Part shown: positions 37,798 through 49,492 of the stretch, piece after piece
How the letters are laid out: every line of letters begins with the position of its first letter
Position numbering within the stretch: position 1 is the first letter of the stretch
Assembly (NCBI GenBank): GCA_905235635.1
Contig: CAJOMC010000012.1
Location: 59-64,058 of the forward strand
Direction of reading: 5' to 3'
Origin: an uncultured Bacilli bacterium
Lineage (GTDB): Bacteria; Bacillota_I; Bacilli_A; Izemoplasmatales; UBA1188
Length of the DNA stretch: 64,000 nucleotides
Translations under genes and position numbers: made by a program
Notes under the pieces: generated by a model
Databases searched by the model: none
Seen by the model: the letters and a program-made list of their open reading frames with translations, nothing else
Told to the model about the DNA's origin: nothing

Positions 37798-38880
37798 TTA
37801 TTTTCTCTTCTTTTTATTATCGCTTAAATCAAAGAATTCTCTTAATAGTTCTTCTTGATGAGGTGAGACGCTTGTTGGGGTTAAGATATTTACTTTAACA
37901 TATAAATCACCTTTAATTCTAGTTTTAGCGTTAGGTACACCTTTACCTCTAATTCTAAAGATGGTTCCTGATTGAGTACCTTTTGGTATAGTTAGAACTT
38001 CAATTCCATAAGGTGATTTAATGTTCTTTTCACATCCAAGAGTTGCTTCACCAAAATTAATCATAAATTCGGTCTTTAGGTCATCGCCTTCTCTTACAAA
38101 GAGAGGATCTTCTTTAACTAAAATTTGGATATATAGGTCACCATTTGGTCCACCGTTTAAACCTTTACCGCCATATCCTTGAAGACGGATTTGTTGGCCA
38201 GTATGGATACCGATAGGGATATTAACTTCAACTTGTTTAGTAACTCTGATACGTCCCTCACCTTGGCAGTTCTTACATTTTCTTTTAATTGTAGTCCCTT
38301 TACCGCCACATTCAGGACAGGTACGTGTCGTTTGAGTTTGACCAAATATAGTGTTAACAACTTGAGTAACAGATCCCCTACCACCACATTTTGGACAGGT
38401 TACAATATCTGATTCAGATTCTGCGCCACGACCATGACATGTTGGGCATATATCATAGGCAGGGATAGATATCTTGGTTGTTTTTCCAAATATAACATCA
38501 TTAAGTGATACCTGCATCTTCTTTTGTATATCTTGGCCACGTCTTGGACCTGATTGAGAATAAGTTGTCCTTCCTCCACCAAAGAAAGCGCTAAAGATAT
38601 CAGATAAATCATCAAAACCAGTTGAGAAACCAGAGAATCCACCAGCTCCAAATGCTTCTTGTGGATCAGCAGTTCCGTATTTATCATAGTTAGCTTTCTT
38701 TTCAGGATCAGATAAAACGTCGTAAGCTTCTTGAACTTCTTTAAATTTTTCTTGAGCACCAGGTTCATGGTTTAAATCTGGATGGTATTTTTTAGCAAGT
38801 GTTCTATAGGCTTTTTTAATTTCATCATCACTTGCGCCTTTAGATACTCCTAAAGACTCATAATAATCTTTTTTTGGCAT
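37798..38880 (-). CDS. dnaJ: Molecular chaperone DnaJ
   Basis: 360 aa. J-domain with YHPD, a G/F region, and four CxxCxGxG zinc-finger repeats. Confidence 0.95.
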   Translation of the reverse strand: MPKKDYYESLGVSKGASDDEIKKAYRTLAKKYHPDLNHEPGAQEKFKEVQEAYDVLSDPEKKANYDKYGTADPQEAFGAGGFSGFSTGFDDLSDIFSAFFGGGRTTYSQSGPRRGQDIQKKMQVSLNDVIFGKTTKISIPAYDICPTCHGRGAESESDIVTCPKCGGRGSVTQVVNTIFGQTQTTRTCPECGGKGTTIKRKCKNCQGEGRIRVTKQVEVNIPIGIHTGQQIRLQGYGGKGLNGGPNGDLYIQILVKEDPLFVREGDDLKTEFMINFGEATLGCEKNIKSPYGIEVLTIPKGTQSGTIFRIRGKGVPNAKTRIKGDLYVKVNILTPTSVSPHQEELLREFFDLSDNKKKRK

Positions 38881-38903
38881 TGTATCACCTCATAATATTA
38901 TAA

Positions 38904-38931
38904 CCATAGACCTGATAAGTCAGGCCTATGG
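38904..38931 (-). terminator. Intercistronic hairpin between dnaK and dnaJ (attenuator or processing site)
   Basis: ccatagacctga / tcaggcctatgg is a near-perfect 12-bp stem. The tail is only moderately T-rich. Confidence 0.4.
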
Positions 38932-38965
38932 ATAAATAGTTAAATAATTTTAGTTGATTAAGGAA

Positions 38966-40825
<1,860 letters not shown>

Positions 40826-40840
40826 CTATATCTCCTTTAA

Positions 40841-41452
40841 TTAATTATTTTCTTCATCCTTATTTTGTTCTTCTTCAAGAACTTCATTTATTACTACGCT
40901 TGCTGGGCGAAGTACTCTATCTTTATACATATAGCCTTTTAAGAATTGGCTTACTACTTCCCCGTCAGCTTTAGTATTATCATTAACAACCGCAAGGGAT
41001 GTCATGATATTTGGGTCAAATGGTTTTCCAAGTACCTCAAATGATTTAACACCTTCTTTTTCAAGTTCTTGATAGAATTGCTTTCTAATCATAATAAATC
41101 CATCAAGGAAGGCTTTCATTGATTCATCTTTTGACCCATGATCTATCGCTCTATCAAGATTATCAAGCACTTTAATAAGTTCTCTACATACATTAAACGA
41201 TGCATACTTTAAATGTGAGGAAAGCTCTGAATCTGCCCTTTTTCTATAGTTTTGCATTTCCGCTAAAGCTTGTAGATATTTGTTGTTGAGTTCCTCTTTT
41301 TCTTTAAAAAGTTTTCCATTTTCTTCTTTTAAGAGCTCAACTTCATTAGTTTGTTTAGAATCTTCTTTTATTTCTTCTTCTATATCTTTTCTGATGTCTT
41401 CAGTATTTTCATCTAAGACATCAATTTTCTTTTTATTTTTCTCATTAGACAT
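40841..41452 (-). CDS. grpE: Nucleotide exchange factor GrpE
   Basis: 203 aa. Acidic N-terminus, coiled coil, and Q..YRKRADSE and FDPN motifs. Lies between hrcA and dnaK. Confidence 0.9.
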   Translation of the reverse strand: MSNEKNKKKIDVLDENTEDIRKDIEEEIKEDSKQTNEVELLKEENGKLFKEKEELNNKYLQALAEMQNYRKRADSELSSHLKYASFNVCRELIKVLDNLDRAIDHGSKDESMKAFLDGFIMIRKQFYQELEKEGVKSFEVLGKPFDPNIMTSLAVVNDNTKADGEVVSQFLKGYMYKDRVLRPASVVINEVLEEEQNKDEENN

Positions 41453-41461
41453 ATGATTTAC

Positions 41462-42484
41462 CTACTTCTTATAGTATTTAGTGATATCTTTAGCTAGATA
41501 TTTAACTAAAGTTATTACTTTCTTATAATTCATTCTTGTTGGGCCGATTACAGCGATTTCACACTTTTCACCCTTATCATTTACATATGGTACTGTGACT
41601 ATTGCAGTATCATCAAGTGCATCTATTCCCGTTTCAGACCCTATTTTAATTGATACATTTTGGTTTCTTGCGGACTTAATTACTTTAATTAATTCCCTCT
41701 TTTCAAATGCGTCAAGCAGTTTCTTAAATTTCATAGAATCCTGAAATTCTGGCTGGACAAGCATATTTGATGAACCAGATATGTAGTAATTCGTTTCCGC
41801 AAATTGCATGAAGGCATTTATGAAGTTATCAATTATATTTTGTCTATAATTCATAAACTCTTGAATGAGTTTATTATCAGTAATATATTTGAGCCTATAT
41901 GATACCTCACTCAGTGGTGTTCCTTTAAGCACTTCATTTAAGATAGACACAACATTCTTTAGCTCTTCGATATTCGTTTCTTCTTCCTCAAAGGTTACAT
42001 TCTTTGATTCGATGTGTCCTGAATCTGTGATAACTATCATTAAATAGTTTTTACCTCTTAAAGGAACCAGTTCTATTTCAGATAAGGTATCTAGTGAATT
42101 ATCAGGACCAAGAGCTAAAGATGTATAAGATGTAATCTCAGAAAGAAGTGCACAAGCTTTTTTAATCGCATCTTCTCTTTCGACAATAGCGCTTGCGAAC
42201 ACGTTATCGATTAACTCAAAGCTCTTTTCTTCAAAGACTTCTTCTGATTCCTTCATAAGTTCTTCTACATAAAGTTTATAGCCTTTATCAAGAGGTACTC
42301 TACCAGATGAAGAATGCGTTTTATCTATATAGCCTTCCCTTTCAAGGATAGCCATATCATTTCTCACAGTTGCGCTTGAAACATTTAATCTATCAGAAAT
42401 AGATTTAGATCCAACAGGCTCAGCTGTCTTAACGTATTCTTCGATTATAATTTTAAGGGTTTCTTTTTGCCTATTACTAATCAT
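41462..42484 (-). CDS. hrcA: Heat-inducible transcription repressor HrcA
   Basis: I chose the ATG at 42484 (MISNRQKETLKIIIEEYVKTAEPVGSK), with RBS aaggtg; the track TTG at 42502 lies inside the CIRCE operator. Confidence 0.9.
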   Translation of the reverse strand: MISNRQKETLKIIIEEYVKTAEPVGSKSISDRLNVSSATVRNDMAILEREGYIDKTHSSSGRVPLDKGYKLYVEELMKESEEVFEEKSFELIDNVFASAIVEREDAIKKACALLSEITSYTSLALGPDNSLDTLSEIELVPLRGKNYLMIVITDSGHIESKNVTFEEEETNIEELKNVVSILNEVLKGTPLSEVSYRLKYITDNKLIQEFMNYRQNIIDNFINAFMQFAETNYYISGSSNMLVQPEFQDSMKFKKLLDAFEKRELIKVIKSARNQNVSIKIGSETGIDALDDTAIVTVPYVNDKGEKCEIAVIGPTRMNYKKVITLVKYLAKDITKYYKK

Positions 42485-42495
42485 TTCGCACCTTA

Positions 42496-42522
42496 TTAGC
42501 AATTAGTATTGGTAACTGCTAA
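42496..42522. promoter_or_regulatory. CIRCE operator 1 (HrcA binding site)
   Basis: TTAGCAatt-agtattggt-aacTGCTAA is a 9-N9-9 inverted repeat, against the consensus TTAGCACTC-N9-GAGTGCTAA. It lies just downstream of the -10. Confidence 0.75.
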
Positions 42523-42526
42523 CATT

Positions 42527-42554
42527 ATTATAGCATCATTTTTAGCAGTTGCAA
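42527..42554 (-). promoter_or_regulatory. Sigma-A-type promoter of the hrcA-grpE-dnaK-dnaJ operon
   Basis: The minus strand reads TTGCAA (42549-42554), a 16-nt spacer, then TATAAT (42527-42532). The -35 lies inside CIRCE 2. Confidence 0.6.
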
Positions 42555-42568
42555 GTAAATTGTGCTAA
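42542..42568. promoter_or_regulatory. CIRCE operator 2
   Basis: TTAGCAgtt-gcaagtaaa-ttgTGCTAA has the same 9-N9-9 geometry and overlaps the -35. Confidence 0.7.
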
Positions 42569-42578
42569 AAAATAAAAA

Positions 42579-42600
42579 AGATTTAGAATAAACTAAATCT
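42579..42600 (-). terminator. Terminator after the lipoprotein gene
   Basis: Stem agatttag / ctaaatct. Followed by tttttt attttt on the minus strand. Confidence 0.5.
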
Positions 42601-42631
42601 CTTTAATAATTATAAGTATATATTCTATAAT

Positions 42632-43552
42632 TTATGACACATAGATTGCGGTTATATAGTAGTTGCCTGAGGTATCTTCTATAGTAAATACATAATAATG
42701 ATTAGGCCACACTACAACCGTATCCCAATTTAAACTTAACATTCCAAATCTAGAAGATGGAATAGTTTTATCATACGAAAAATGATACAAACTATCAGTA
42801 TTTGGCAATCCAAATTCTTTTGTATTATATAAATTACGTTCAGAATCATAATCTTCTATGATGACCTTTTTTATTTCTGCATAATAGAGTATTGTTTGTA
42901 TTTCCATTTTGCAGACCATATTGGTTCTATCTTTTTGAAGACTAGTTTTATTATTTAAGGCGTAGGCAAATACATCCTCTTCATTGATTTGTTTATATAT
43001 ACCAATTTTAGCTTGAGGATAGTATGTATTGAAATTTGGGTCAGATGAAGGGCTACCATTTATTGAATAATTTTGCCTATTATTAGTATCAATTAACTTA
43101 ATATTCCAGGTTAAAGGAGTGTATGATTCACTATTTGTTAGTAAATCAAAATTAAGTATCTCAGATGTTTTTCTAATAAAGTCTATAAGATAATCTGGAT
43201 ATTCAGTACTAGCTGAGCCAAAGGTTTTCATATTTCCATCCTTGGTAAGAATAGAAATCTCATACCTATTAGACGTATAAGGCTTATTCGGCATGGATAA
43301 GAGTCCAAGCGATTTCATTGTATCAAATATCTTAGTAGTTTCATCTTCAGTAATAGTTCTTTTAACTCCTTTTGGGTATGAAACATAACTATCACTAAAA
43401 TTAATCGTAACAATACTAGGTTTATCATCCTTATCCATAGCCATAATAGTCACAGTGGATATATCTGACATATCTTTAAAACCATTAGAACCACATGACG
43501 ACACCATAAATGATAAACAAAGGAAAAACGCAATAATTAGCCATTTCTTCAT
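42632..43552 (-). CDS. Putative lipoprotein
   Basis: 306 aa. Signal peptide plus lipobox FMVSSCGS. Confidence 0.7.
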   Translation of the reverse strand: MKKWLIIAFFLCLSFMVSSCGSNGFKDMSDISTVTIMAMDKDDKPSIVTINFSDSYVSYPKGVKRTITEDETTKIFDTMKSLGLLSMPNKPYTSNRYEISILTKDGNMKTFGSASTEYPDYLIDFIRKTSEILNFDLLTNSESYTPLTWNIKLIDTNNRQNYSINGSPSSDPNFNTYYPQAKIGIYKQINEEDVFAYALNNKTSLQKDRTNMVCKMEIQTILYYAEIKKVIIEDYDSERNLYNTKEFGLPNTDSLYHFSYDKTIPSSRFGMLSLNWDTVVVWPNHYYVFTIEDTSGNYYITAIYVS

Positions 43553-43580
43553 AGTTTCTTATACTCCTCTAATAAAGCCT

Positions 43581-44051
43581 TTAATTAATCTTAATAATTA
43601 ATCCCGAAATATAAATAGACCCAAGTGTTAATAATACAAAAAGTATCATATAGATATTATTTATAGAAAGAAAAGAGAATACTATAAAATACCCAATAAA
43701 AGTCATCAGTGTTAAAGAGATATATAATACAACTTCAAGCATTATTAGTAATAGATCATTTTTTGAAAAAGTAATAAGATTCTTGTACTTCTTATTGTCA
43801 GTAATTGTATAGTAAAGAAAATAAAAAAGGAAAGGAATAGTTAATAAAAGGAATAACACTAGTAAATATAATTTTATTGGTGAACCCTCATTTAAAAGTA
43901 ATTCCCTTAGTGTTTCATCACTAATAGTCGATACTATCCTTTCGTACATAGAAAATATAAGTATATATAATACTAAATATAATATATACACAATTAAACT
44001 TATGAGATTATTGATGTAGGTTTTCTTAAGTAATCTAATTATTTTATTCAT
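43581..44051 (-). CDS. Hypothetical integral membrane protein
   Basis: 156 aa with about four hydrophobic spans. Overlaps the rluA-family gene by 8 nt. Confidence 0.55.
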   Translation of the reverse strand: MNKIIRLLKKTYINNLISLIVYILYLVLYILIFSMYERIVSTISDETLRELLLNEGSPIKLYLLVLFLLLTIPFLFYFLYYTITDNKKYKNLITFSKNDLLLIMLEVVLYISLTLMTFIGYFIVFSFLSINNIYMILFVLLTLGSIYISGLIIKIN

Positions 44052-44904
44052 ATCTTTCTATAAACTCTTTAAATCTTTTAGGTAGTCCTGTATCAAAATT
44101 ATATATTTTATTATCTTTTGGGTGAGCGAATTCAAGATAGTATGAGTGAAGCATTAATTCCTCATTATCTTCATATATTGAATATGATTTATCACCCACA
44201 AGTGGGTGACCCAAAAATGAGAATGTAACTCTAATCTGATGGGTTCTGCCTGTGAGTAATTCAATTTCTAAAAGTGAATAATTTGAAAACTCTTTTATTA
44301 CTTTATACCTTGTGATAGCGTCTTTCCCATCATTTCTTACGACACGTCTTACACTCATCTCATTTTCTTTCGCTATTTTTAGCGTTATCTCATCTTCTTT
44401 CTTATCAAATTTTCCATATACAATTGCGTAGTACTTTCTTTTAAGTGTCTTCTTTAAAGAAAGTGATAAAAGAGATGTAGAGAATCTATCTTTTCCGACA
44501 ATCATAAGTCCACTTGTGAGTCTATCAAGCCTATTTACCATATGAACTTTATCATTGATATTATTTTTTTCAAAATAATATTCAAGTCCATTAAGTAAAG
44601 TTATTTCATTCATATTTAGGGTAGACATACAAGAAATATTATTTGGTTTATCAAGCACTAATAACTCGTCATCTTCATAAATAATATTTAAAGGCATTTC
44701 TATAGGTTCTATATCAGATTTAGTTTCTTCTAAATATAAAGTAACTATATCTCCTTCTTTTAACATATAGGACATATATAAAACCTTTGAGTCTTTCTTG
44801 ATTCTACCTTGAGCTTTACTTCTTAGCTTCCTTGAGATATTATTTTCTATTAAAAGATTTTCAAGAGAAATGTCTCTATCCGCTCTTATCTTAATTTTCT
44901 TCAT
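44044..44904 (-). CDS. RluA-family pseudouridine synthase
   Basis: 286 aa. Catalytic motif VNRLDRLTSGLMIVGKD and a later GRTHQIRV. Confidence 0.85.
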   Translation of the reverse strand: MKKIKIRADRDISLENLLIENNISRKLRSKAQGRIKKDSKVLYMSYMLKEGDIVTLYLEETKSDIEPIEMPLNIIYEDDELLVLDKPNNISCMSTLNMNEITLLNGLEYYFEKNNINDKVHMVNRLDRLTSGLMIVGKDRFSTSLLSLSLKKTLKRKYYAIVYGKFDKKEDEITLKIAKENEMSVRRVVRNDGKDAITRYKVIKEFSNYSLLEIELLTGRTHQIRVTFSFLGHPLVGDKSYSIYEDNEELMLHSYYLEFAHPKDNKIYNFDTGLPKRFKEFIERYE

Positions 44905-45415
44905 TTATAATATGATCTTTACCTTTAAATTCTTCAGGTTCATATATAGAAAGATTTGGATAATCTTGTTGTCTTAGGGCTTCATATATCATTGCGCATA
45001 CTGTATTAGATAAATTAAGCGCTCTCACATTTTTACTCATAGGAAATCTAACACAGGTATCAAGATGTTCCTTTAAGATTGAAATGGGAATTCCTGTCGA
45101 TTCTTTGCCAAATATAAAATAATAGTCTTTATTTGTATCCTTATATGATAAATCTGATGGTTTATGAGTGCCATATCTTGTGAGAAAGATATAAACACCT
45201 TTTTGATTCTTTTCCATAAATTCAGTAAATGAATCATAGATATAAAAAGAAAAATCATGGGTGTAATTAACCGATGATCTTTTAAGTTCTTTATCGTCTA
45301 AAGAAAAACCTAATGGTTTAATTAGGTGAAGTGTTGATGATGTCGCAAGGGCAGTTCTCATAATATTACCACAGTTTTGTGGTATTTCAGGTTCAAATAA
45401 TACTATATGATTCAT
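44891..45415 (-). CDS. trmL: tRNA (cytidine/uridine-2'-O)-methyltransferase TrmL (SpoU family)
   Basis: 174 aa. IVLFEPEIPQNCGNIMRTALAT..LHLIKPLGFSLDDKELKRS and the C-terminal knot motif NLSNTV. Confidence 0.8.
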   Translation of the reverse strand: MNHIVLFEPEIPQNCGNIMRTALATSSTLHLIKPLGFSLDDKELKRSSVNYTHDFSFYIYDSFTEFMEKNQKGVYIFLTRYGTHKPSDLSYKDTNKDYYFIFGKESTGIPISILKEHLDTCVRFPMSKNVRALNLSNTVCAMIYEALRQQDYPNLSIYEPEEFKGKDHIINEEN

Positions 45416-46737
45416 TACTTCTTCTTTGCCTTTTTCTTTCCGCCCTTGGCGTATAATCTTTTCTCTATTATTTTCTTTTTGGTTTCTCTTCTTTCAATTT
45501 CAAACTTTTTCTTATAGTTGGGCTTAACTTTTTTAGAAATAGTTTTATGGTGTCTTAAGGTTTTTTCTGCTTCTTTATTAATTTTAGAATTATAGAAATC
45601 TTTTCTTTCTCTTTCATATCTGGCTTTTGATTCAACAATCTCACCATTCTTAAAATCTTTATATTCACATGATAGACCTTTTTCTTCTAGTCTATCTAGA
45701 TATGAATCATCATCCGCATCATAAAATGAGATAGAGATTCCATCTTTTAACATTCTACCTGTACGTCCAGTTCTATGGACATAGAATTCTATATCTTTTG
45801 GAAGTTCATAGTTAATAATATGAGATACACCAGTTATATCTATACCACGTGCAGTGATATCAGTTGAGATTACATAAGTATATTTAAGATTCCTTAAATC
45901 TCTCATAGTCTTTTGTCTTAATTTAGAATCCATATCACCATAGATGAAACAGATTCTTTTATCATCTTTTAATTCCTGAGATAAAGCTTTTACAGTCTCC
46001 TGAGTATTGCAGTAGATAAGACAAAGATACGGATTAATAGATGAGATAATTTCTTTTAGTAATTCAACTTTATCTCTATATTTAGTTTTTAAGAAATAAT
46101 GTGATATATTAAGTGGGGTCAAATCTTTTCTATTTAAGATTAAGAATTCGGGGCTAGAAAGGTATTTCTTAAAGAAATGGTCCAACTCTTCGGTGATTGT
46201 CGCACTATATACTTCAAACCTCGTATCTTCTTTTACGAGTGATAATACTTCATCAATTAAAGGGAGAAAGCCTGAATCCATAAGCATATCAGCTTCATCC
46301 ATCACTATCTTTTTAACTTTAAATACATTAAGCAGTTTATTATCTATCGCAAACTTTTTAATACGTCCAATGGTTCCAATCGCAATTTGAGGGTTAGATG
46401 TCTCAAGGCGCTTTAGTGCCTTACTAACGTCATCCCCACCTACATAAAGTCTTGTATCTACACTATATTTAATTGAAAGCGGCTTAGCCATAGCGTAAAT
46501 CTGACGGGCTAGTTCACGAGTAGGAGCAAGGATTAAATATTGTAGGTCATGAGAGTCATAATCTAGGGATGCAAAAATAGGGAAAAGATAAGCATATGTT
46601 TTCCCTGTGCCTGTGACTGATTGCACAACTAAGTTCTTATTCTGTTTTTCTTTTTCAATAACACATTTTTGAACTTCAGTTAACTCACTAAAGTTAAGTA
46701 GTTCCATGTATTCTTTTATTAATTCATCGTAAGACAT
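45415..46737 (-). CDS. DEAD-box ATP-dependent RNA helicase
   Basis: 440 aa. GTGKT, PTRELA, MDEAD, SAT and HRTGRTGR motifs, plus a Lys-rich tail. Confidence 0.9.
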   Translation of the reverse strand: MSYDELIKEYMELLNFSELTEVQKCVIEKEKQNKNLVVQSVTGTGKTYAYLFPIFASLDYDSHDLQYLILAPTRELARQIYAMAKPLSIKYSVDTRLYVGGDDVSKALKRLETSNPQIAIGTIGRIKKFAIDNKLLNVFKVKKIVMDEADMLMDSGFLPLIDEVLSLVKEDTRFEVYSATITEELDHFFKKYLSSPEFLILNRKDLTPLNISHYFLKTKYRDKVELLKEIISSINPYLCLIYCNTQETVKALSQELKDDKRICFIYGDMDSKLRQKTMRDLRNLKYTYVISTDITARGIDITGVSHIINYELPKDIEFYVHRTGRTGRMLKDGISISFYDADDDSYLDRLEEKGLSCEYKDFKNGEIVESKARYERERKDFYNSKINKEAEKTLRHHKTISKKVKPNYKKKFEIERRETKKKIIEKRLYAKGGKKKAKKK

Positions 46738-46800
46738 ATTTTCACCAAATTTAGGCCTAAGATATTATAATATAATTATAAGAATTAAGAAAGGTATAAA

Positions 46801-47634
46801 ATGAGAGTAGATATACTTAAAGAAAGTGGCTTCTGTGGTGGAGTAAATAGAGCCCTTCATTTGCTTGATAAAACTATAAGAGAAAATCCCTTAAAACCTA
46901 TATATTTAATAGGCCCTATTGTGCATAACTCTATAGTAAATAAAAAATATCAGGAAAAAGGTGTTAAGTTTATTACATTAAAAGATGTAGATAAATTAGA
47001 AGACGATTCTATTGTAGTAGTATCTGCGCATGGACTATCAGATAAAGATTTAGAAAAACTCAAGAATTTTAATGTGATAAATACCACTTGTCCATACGTT
47101 CAAAAAAATAAAAAAACTATCCATGATTCTATTGGATATGACATCATTTTTATCGGTAAAAAAGGACACTCTGAGACTAATGCGCTAACACTTGATAATC
47201 CTAATATTAAAATAGTTGAGAAGCTAGATGATTTAAATAAGTTTTCATCATCTTCATATGGAATGGTTTTTAATCAGACAACATTTAATATTCATGATTT
47301 AAGACTAATACAAGATAGAATAAGGGAAATTGCGCCTTTTTATGTGATTAATGATACAATCTGCCCAACATCAAGGGCACTTCAAGAATTCTTAATGGAA
47401 AAATATGATTATAATATTTGTCTTATTGTAGGAGATAAGACATCCTCTAATGCGAACTCATTATATGAGATAAGCCCATATAAAAATACATACTTTATCT
47501 CATCAGCAAAAGATGCAAATAGTATCTACATAAAAAAGACTGATAATGTCCTTATCGTGGGTAGTGCATCTACACCTAAAGATGAACTTAAAAAGATTAA
47601 GGATAGTATTAAGAATAGATTTAATTCAAAATAA
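46801..47634 (+). CDS. ispH: 4-hydroxy-3-methylbut-2-enyl diphosphate reductase
   Basis: 277 aa. GFCGGVNRA, SAHGLS, TCPYV and SSNANSL. Confidence 0.9.
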   Translation: MRVDILKESGFCGGVNRALHLLDKTIRENPLKPIYLIGPIVHNSIVNKKYQEKGVKFITLKDVDKLEDDSIVVVSAHGLSDKDLEKLKNFNVINTTCPYVQKNKKTIHDSIGYDIIFIGKKGHSETNALTLDNPNIKIVEKLDDLNKFSSSSYGMVFNQTTFNIHDLRLIQDRIREIAPFYVINDTICPTSRALQEFLMEKYDYNICLIVGDKTSSNANSLYEISPYKNTYFISSAKDANSIYIKKTDNVLIVGSASTPKDELKKIKDSIKNRFNSK

Positions 47635-47666
47635 AAGATAATGGCTAGTTCTAGCTATTATCTTTT
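47633..47666. terminator. Bidirectional terminator between ispH and the DUF362 gene
   Basis: Arms aaaagataatggctag / tagctattatctttt with one mismatch. Confidence 0.7.
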
Positions 47667-48561
47667 ATTCATCAAGGTTAATTAATTCGTATTCAAGATT
47701 ACCCAAATTACGTTCAGATGCATATTTTAATAATGTAGGTGCGTGTCTTGAATTCATTCTTTCTATTAAAGATTTTTTACCAGGATCATTCGAATTAACT
47801 ACAGCGTCATAACATGCCTTGTCAATCGCAAGTGGGTCGAGTGAGGCGAAAAGGCCAATATCAGCCATTTCCGGTTTATGAGGATTAGGGTCACAGTCGC
47901 AGTCTACAGAGAGATTAATTGCGGCTGAAACATAGGCAATATTTTTACGACCCATATGGTTTATTACAGCTTCAACAGCCTCAACCATCGATTCTTGGAA
48001 TAAGTCATGAGGTGGAGTAGATCTCCAGATAGACATTTCTTTTCCTTTTCCTGCGCTATGAACATAAAGTTTTCCTGTGTGAGATGCAATACCAATAGCC
48101 ATATTCTTAAATGCACCACCAAATCCACCCATAGCATGACCTTTAAAGTGAGATAACACCAACATTGAATCATAGTTATCGAAGTTCTTTCCTGCGATTT
48201 GATATTCAAGGTGTTTTCCGTTATATAGTGGTAAATAGATTTCTCCATTCTTGTCCATTATATCAACTTCATACATTGGTTTAAATCCGTGATCACGTGC
48301 TACTTTATCGTATAAATCTGGGGTATCTCTTTTTCCACCATATGCAGTAGAACACTCGATAATAGTACCATTAACTCTATCCATTATAGGTTTTATTTGG
48401 TCTGGTTTTAAATAATTATGACCGCCAGGTTCACCCATACTTAACTTTACCGCAACTTTGCCTTTTAATTCAATTCCAAGGGCGTTATAGATTTTAACGA
48501 ATGCTAGAGGCGATGTATCTTTAGTAAAATATACAATAGATTTACTCATCTTTCTTTTCAA
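47665..48561 (-). CDS. DUF362 domain protein
   Basis: 298 aa. VYFT..KGKVAVKLSMGEPGG and SHFKGHAMGGFGGAFKNMAIG match my recollection of DUF362. Confidence 0.65.
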   Translation of the reverse strand: MKRKMSKSIVYFTKDTSPLAFVKIYNALGIELKGKVAVKLSMGEPGGHNYLKPDQIKPIMDRVNGTIIECSTAYGGKRDTPDLYDKVARDHGFKPMYEVDIMDKNGEIYLPLYNGKHLEYQIAGKNFDNYDSMLVLSHFKGHAMGGFGGAFKNMAIGIASHTGKLYVHSAGKGKEMSIWRSTPPHDLFQESMVEAVEAVINHMGRKNIAYVSAAINLSVDCDCDPNPHKPEMADIGLFASLDPLAIDKACYDAVVNSNDPGKKSLIERMNSRHAPTLLKYASERNLGNLEYELINLDE

Positions 48562-49486
48562 ACTCCTCTAATACACTTTTATCTAACACAGATCCACTTA
48601 TAGTTGATTCGTCCTTAGGAGTTTCTTCAACTACTTCTTTATTTTCAGCTTCTTGTGGTTCATCTAGTTGAGGTATAGCTTGAGACTCAGAATCTATTTC
48701 AGATAAAGTGCTATTCTTTTCTTCTTCAAGGAGTCTAGCTTCTTCTTCAAGGCGTTTCGCTTCAGCTTCTTCTCTTTCTTTCTTTTCTTTAGCCTTTTCT
48801 TCTCTATAAAGGTCGGGGTCAGATAAGAATTTTACTCTTTCATCCATGAGTCTTGTAAGGGTTAAATCAAATTCATCATGCATGATAGTTTTATAATCGA
48901 AATCAATACCATAATAGATATAAGGTAGTTCATATTCTATAGCTTCTATTGCGTGATCGTTTCCGTCAACTGTATCAAAGAATGTAAATCCATAGATTTT
49001 ATGTTTATCATAGAACACGAGACCATTTCCGTTGTATTCATATATCCAGAGTATATCTTCTTTTCTTAGGACGAAAAATGATACTTGACTGTATCCAATT
49101 ATTAAGTTTTCAGTCATTAAATATGGATTATTTTTAGATAAGTTCTCATATGGAGATGCTTCATCTATTTCAGCATTAAACATACTTGGGTCTATACCAT
49201 CATCTACTAAAGCCTTATAAATAGGGAAGGTTTCTGGTTTTGATGCATATTTAATGATTGGGAATATATCCTTCATTCTTCTTAAAGAGAATAGGAATGC
49301 GACAGCACCCACAACCATCCATAATACACCATAAGTGTTTACCTTAGATATAGTGAAATATACACCAAATCCAAGCATCACAAGTGGTATTAAGAAAGAT
49401 ATGAATGTGATTATTCCATAGAAGGAAAATAGTATTTTAATGTGTTCTTTTTTTATTAGTTTAGCTAAACTTGTTTTTTCGTTCAT
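48542..49486 (-). CDS. Hypothetical membrane protein with an acidic coiled-coil tail
   Basis: 314 aa. Two N-terminal TM spans and a C-terminal EEKAKEKKEREEAEAKRLEEEARLLEEE region. Overlaps the DUF362 gene by 20 nt. Confidence 0.5.
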   Translation of the reverse strand: MNEKTSLAKLIKKEHIKILFSFYGIITFISFLIPLVMLGFGVYFTISKVNTYGVLWMVVGAVAFLFSLRRMKDIFPIIKYASKPETFPIYKALVDDGIDPSMFNAEIDEASPYENLSKNNPYLMTENLIIGYSQVSFFVLRKEDILWIYEYNGNGLVFYDKHKIYGFTFFDTVDGNDHAIEAIEYELPYIYYGIDFDYKTIMHDEFDLTLTRLMDERVKFLSDPDLYREEKAKEKKEREEAEAKRLEEEARLLEEEKNSTLSEIDSESQAIPQLDEPQEAENKEVVEETPKDESTISGSVLDKSVLEEFEKKDE

Positions 49487-49492
49487 TTTTTA

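Noticed and set aside
38157-38768. Same-strand alternative-frame ORFs inside dnaJ (38157-38387 and 38400-38768)
   Set aside because: They lie entirely within the DnaJ reading frame region, which is unambiguous. There is no independent start signal.
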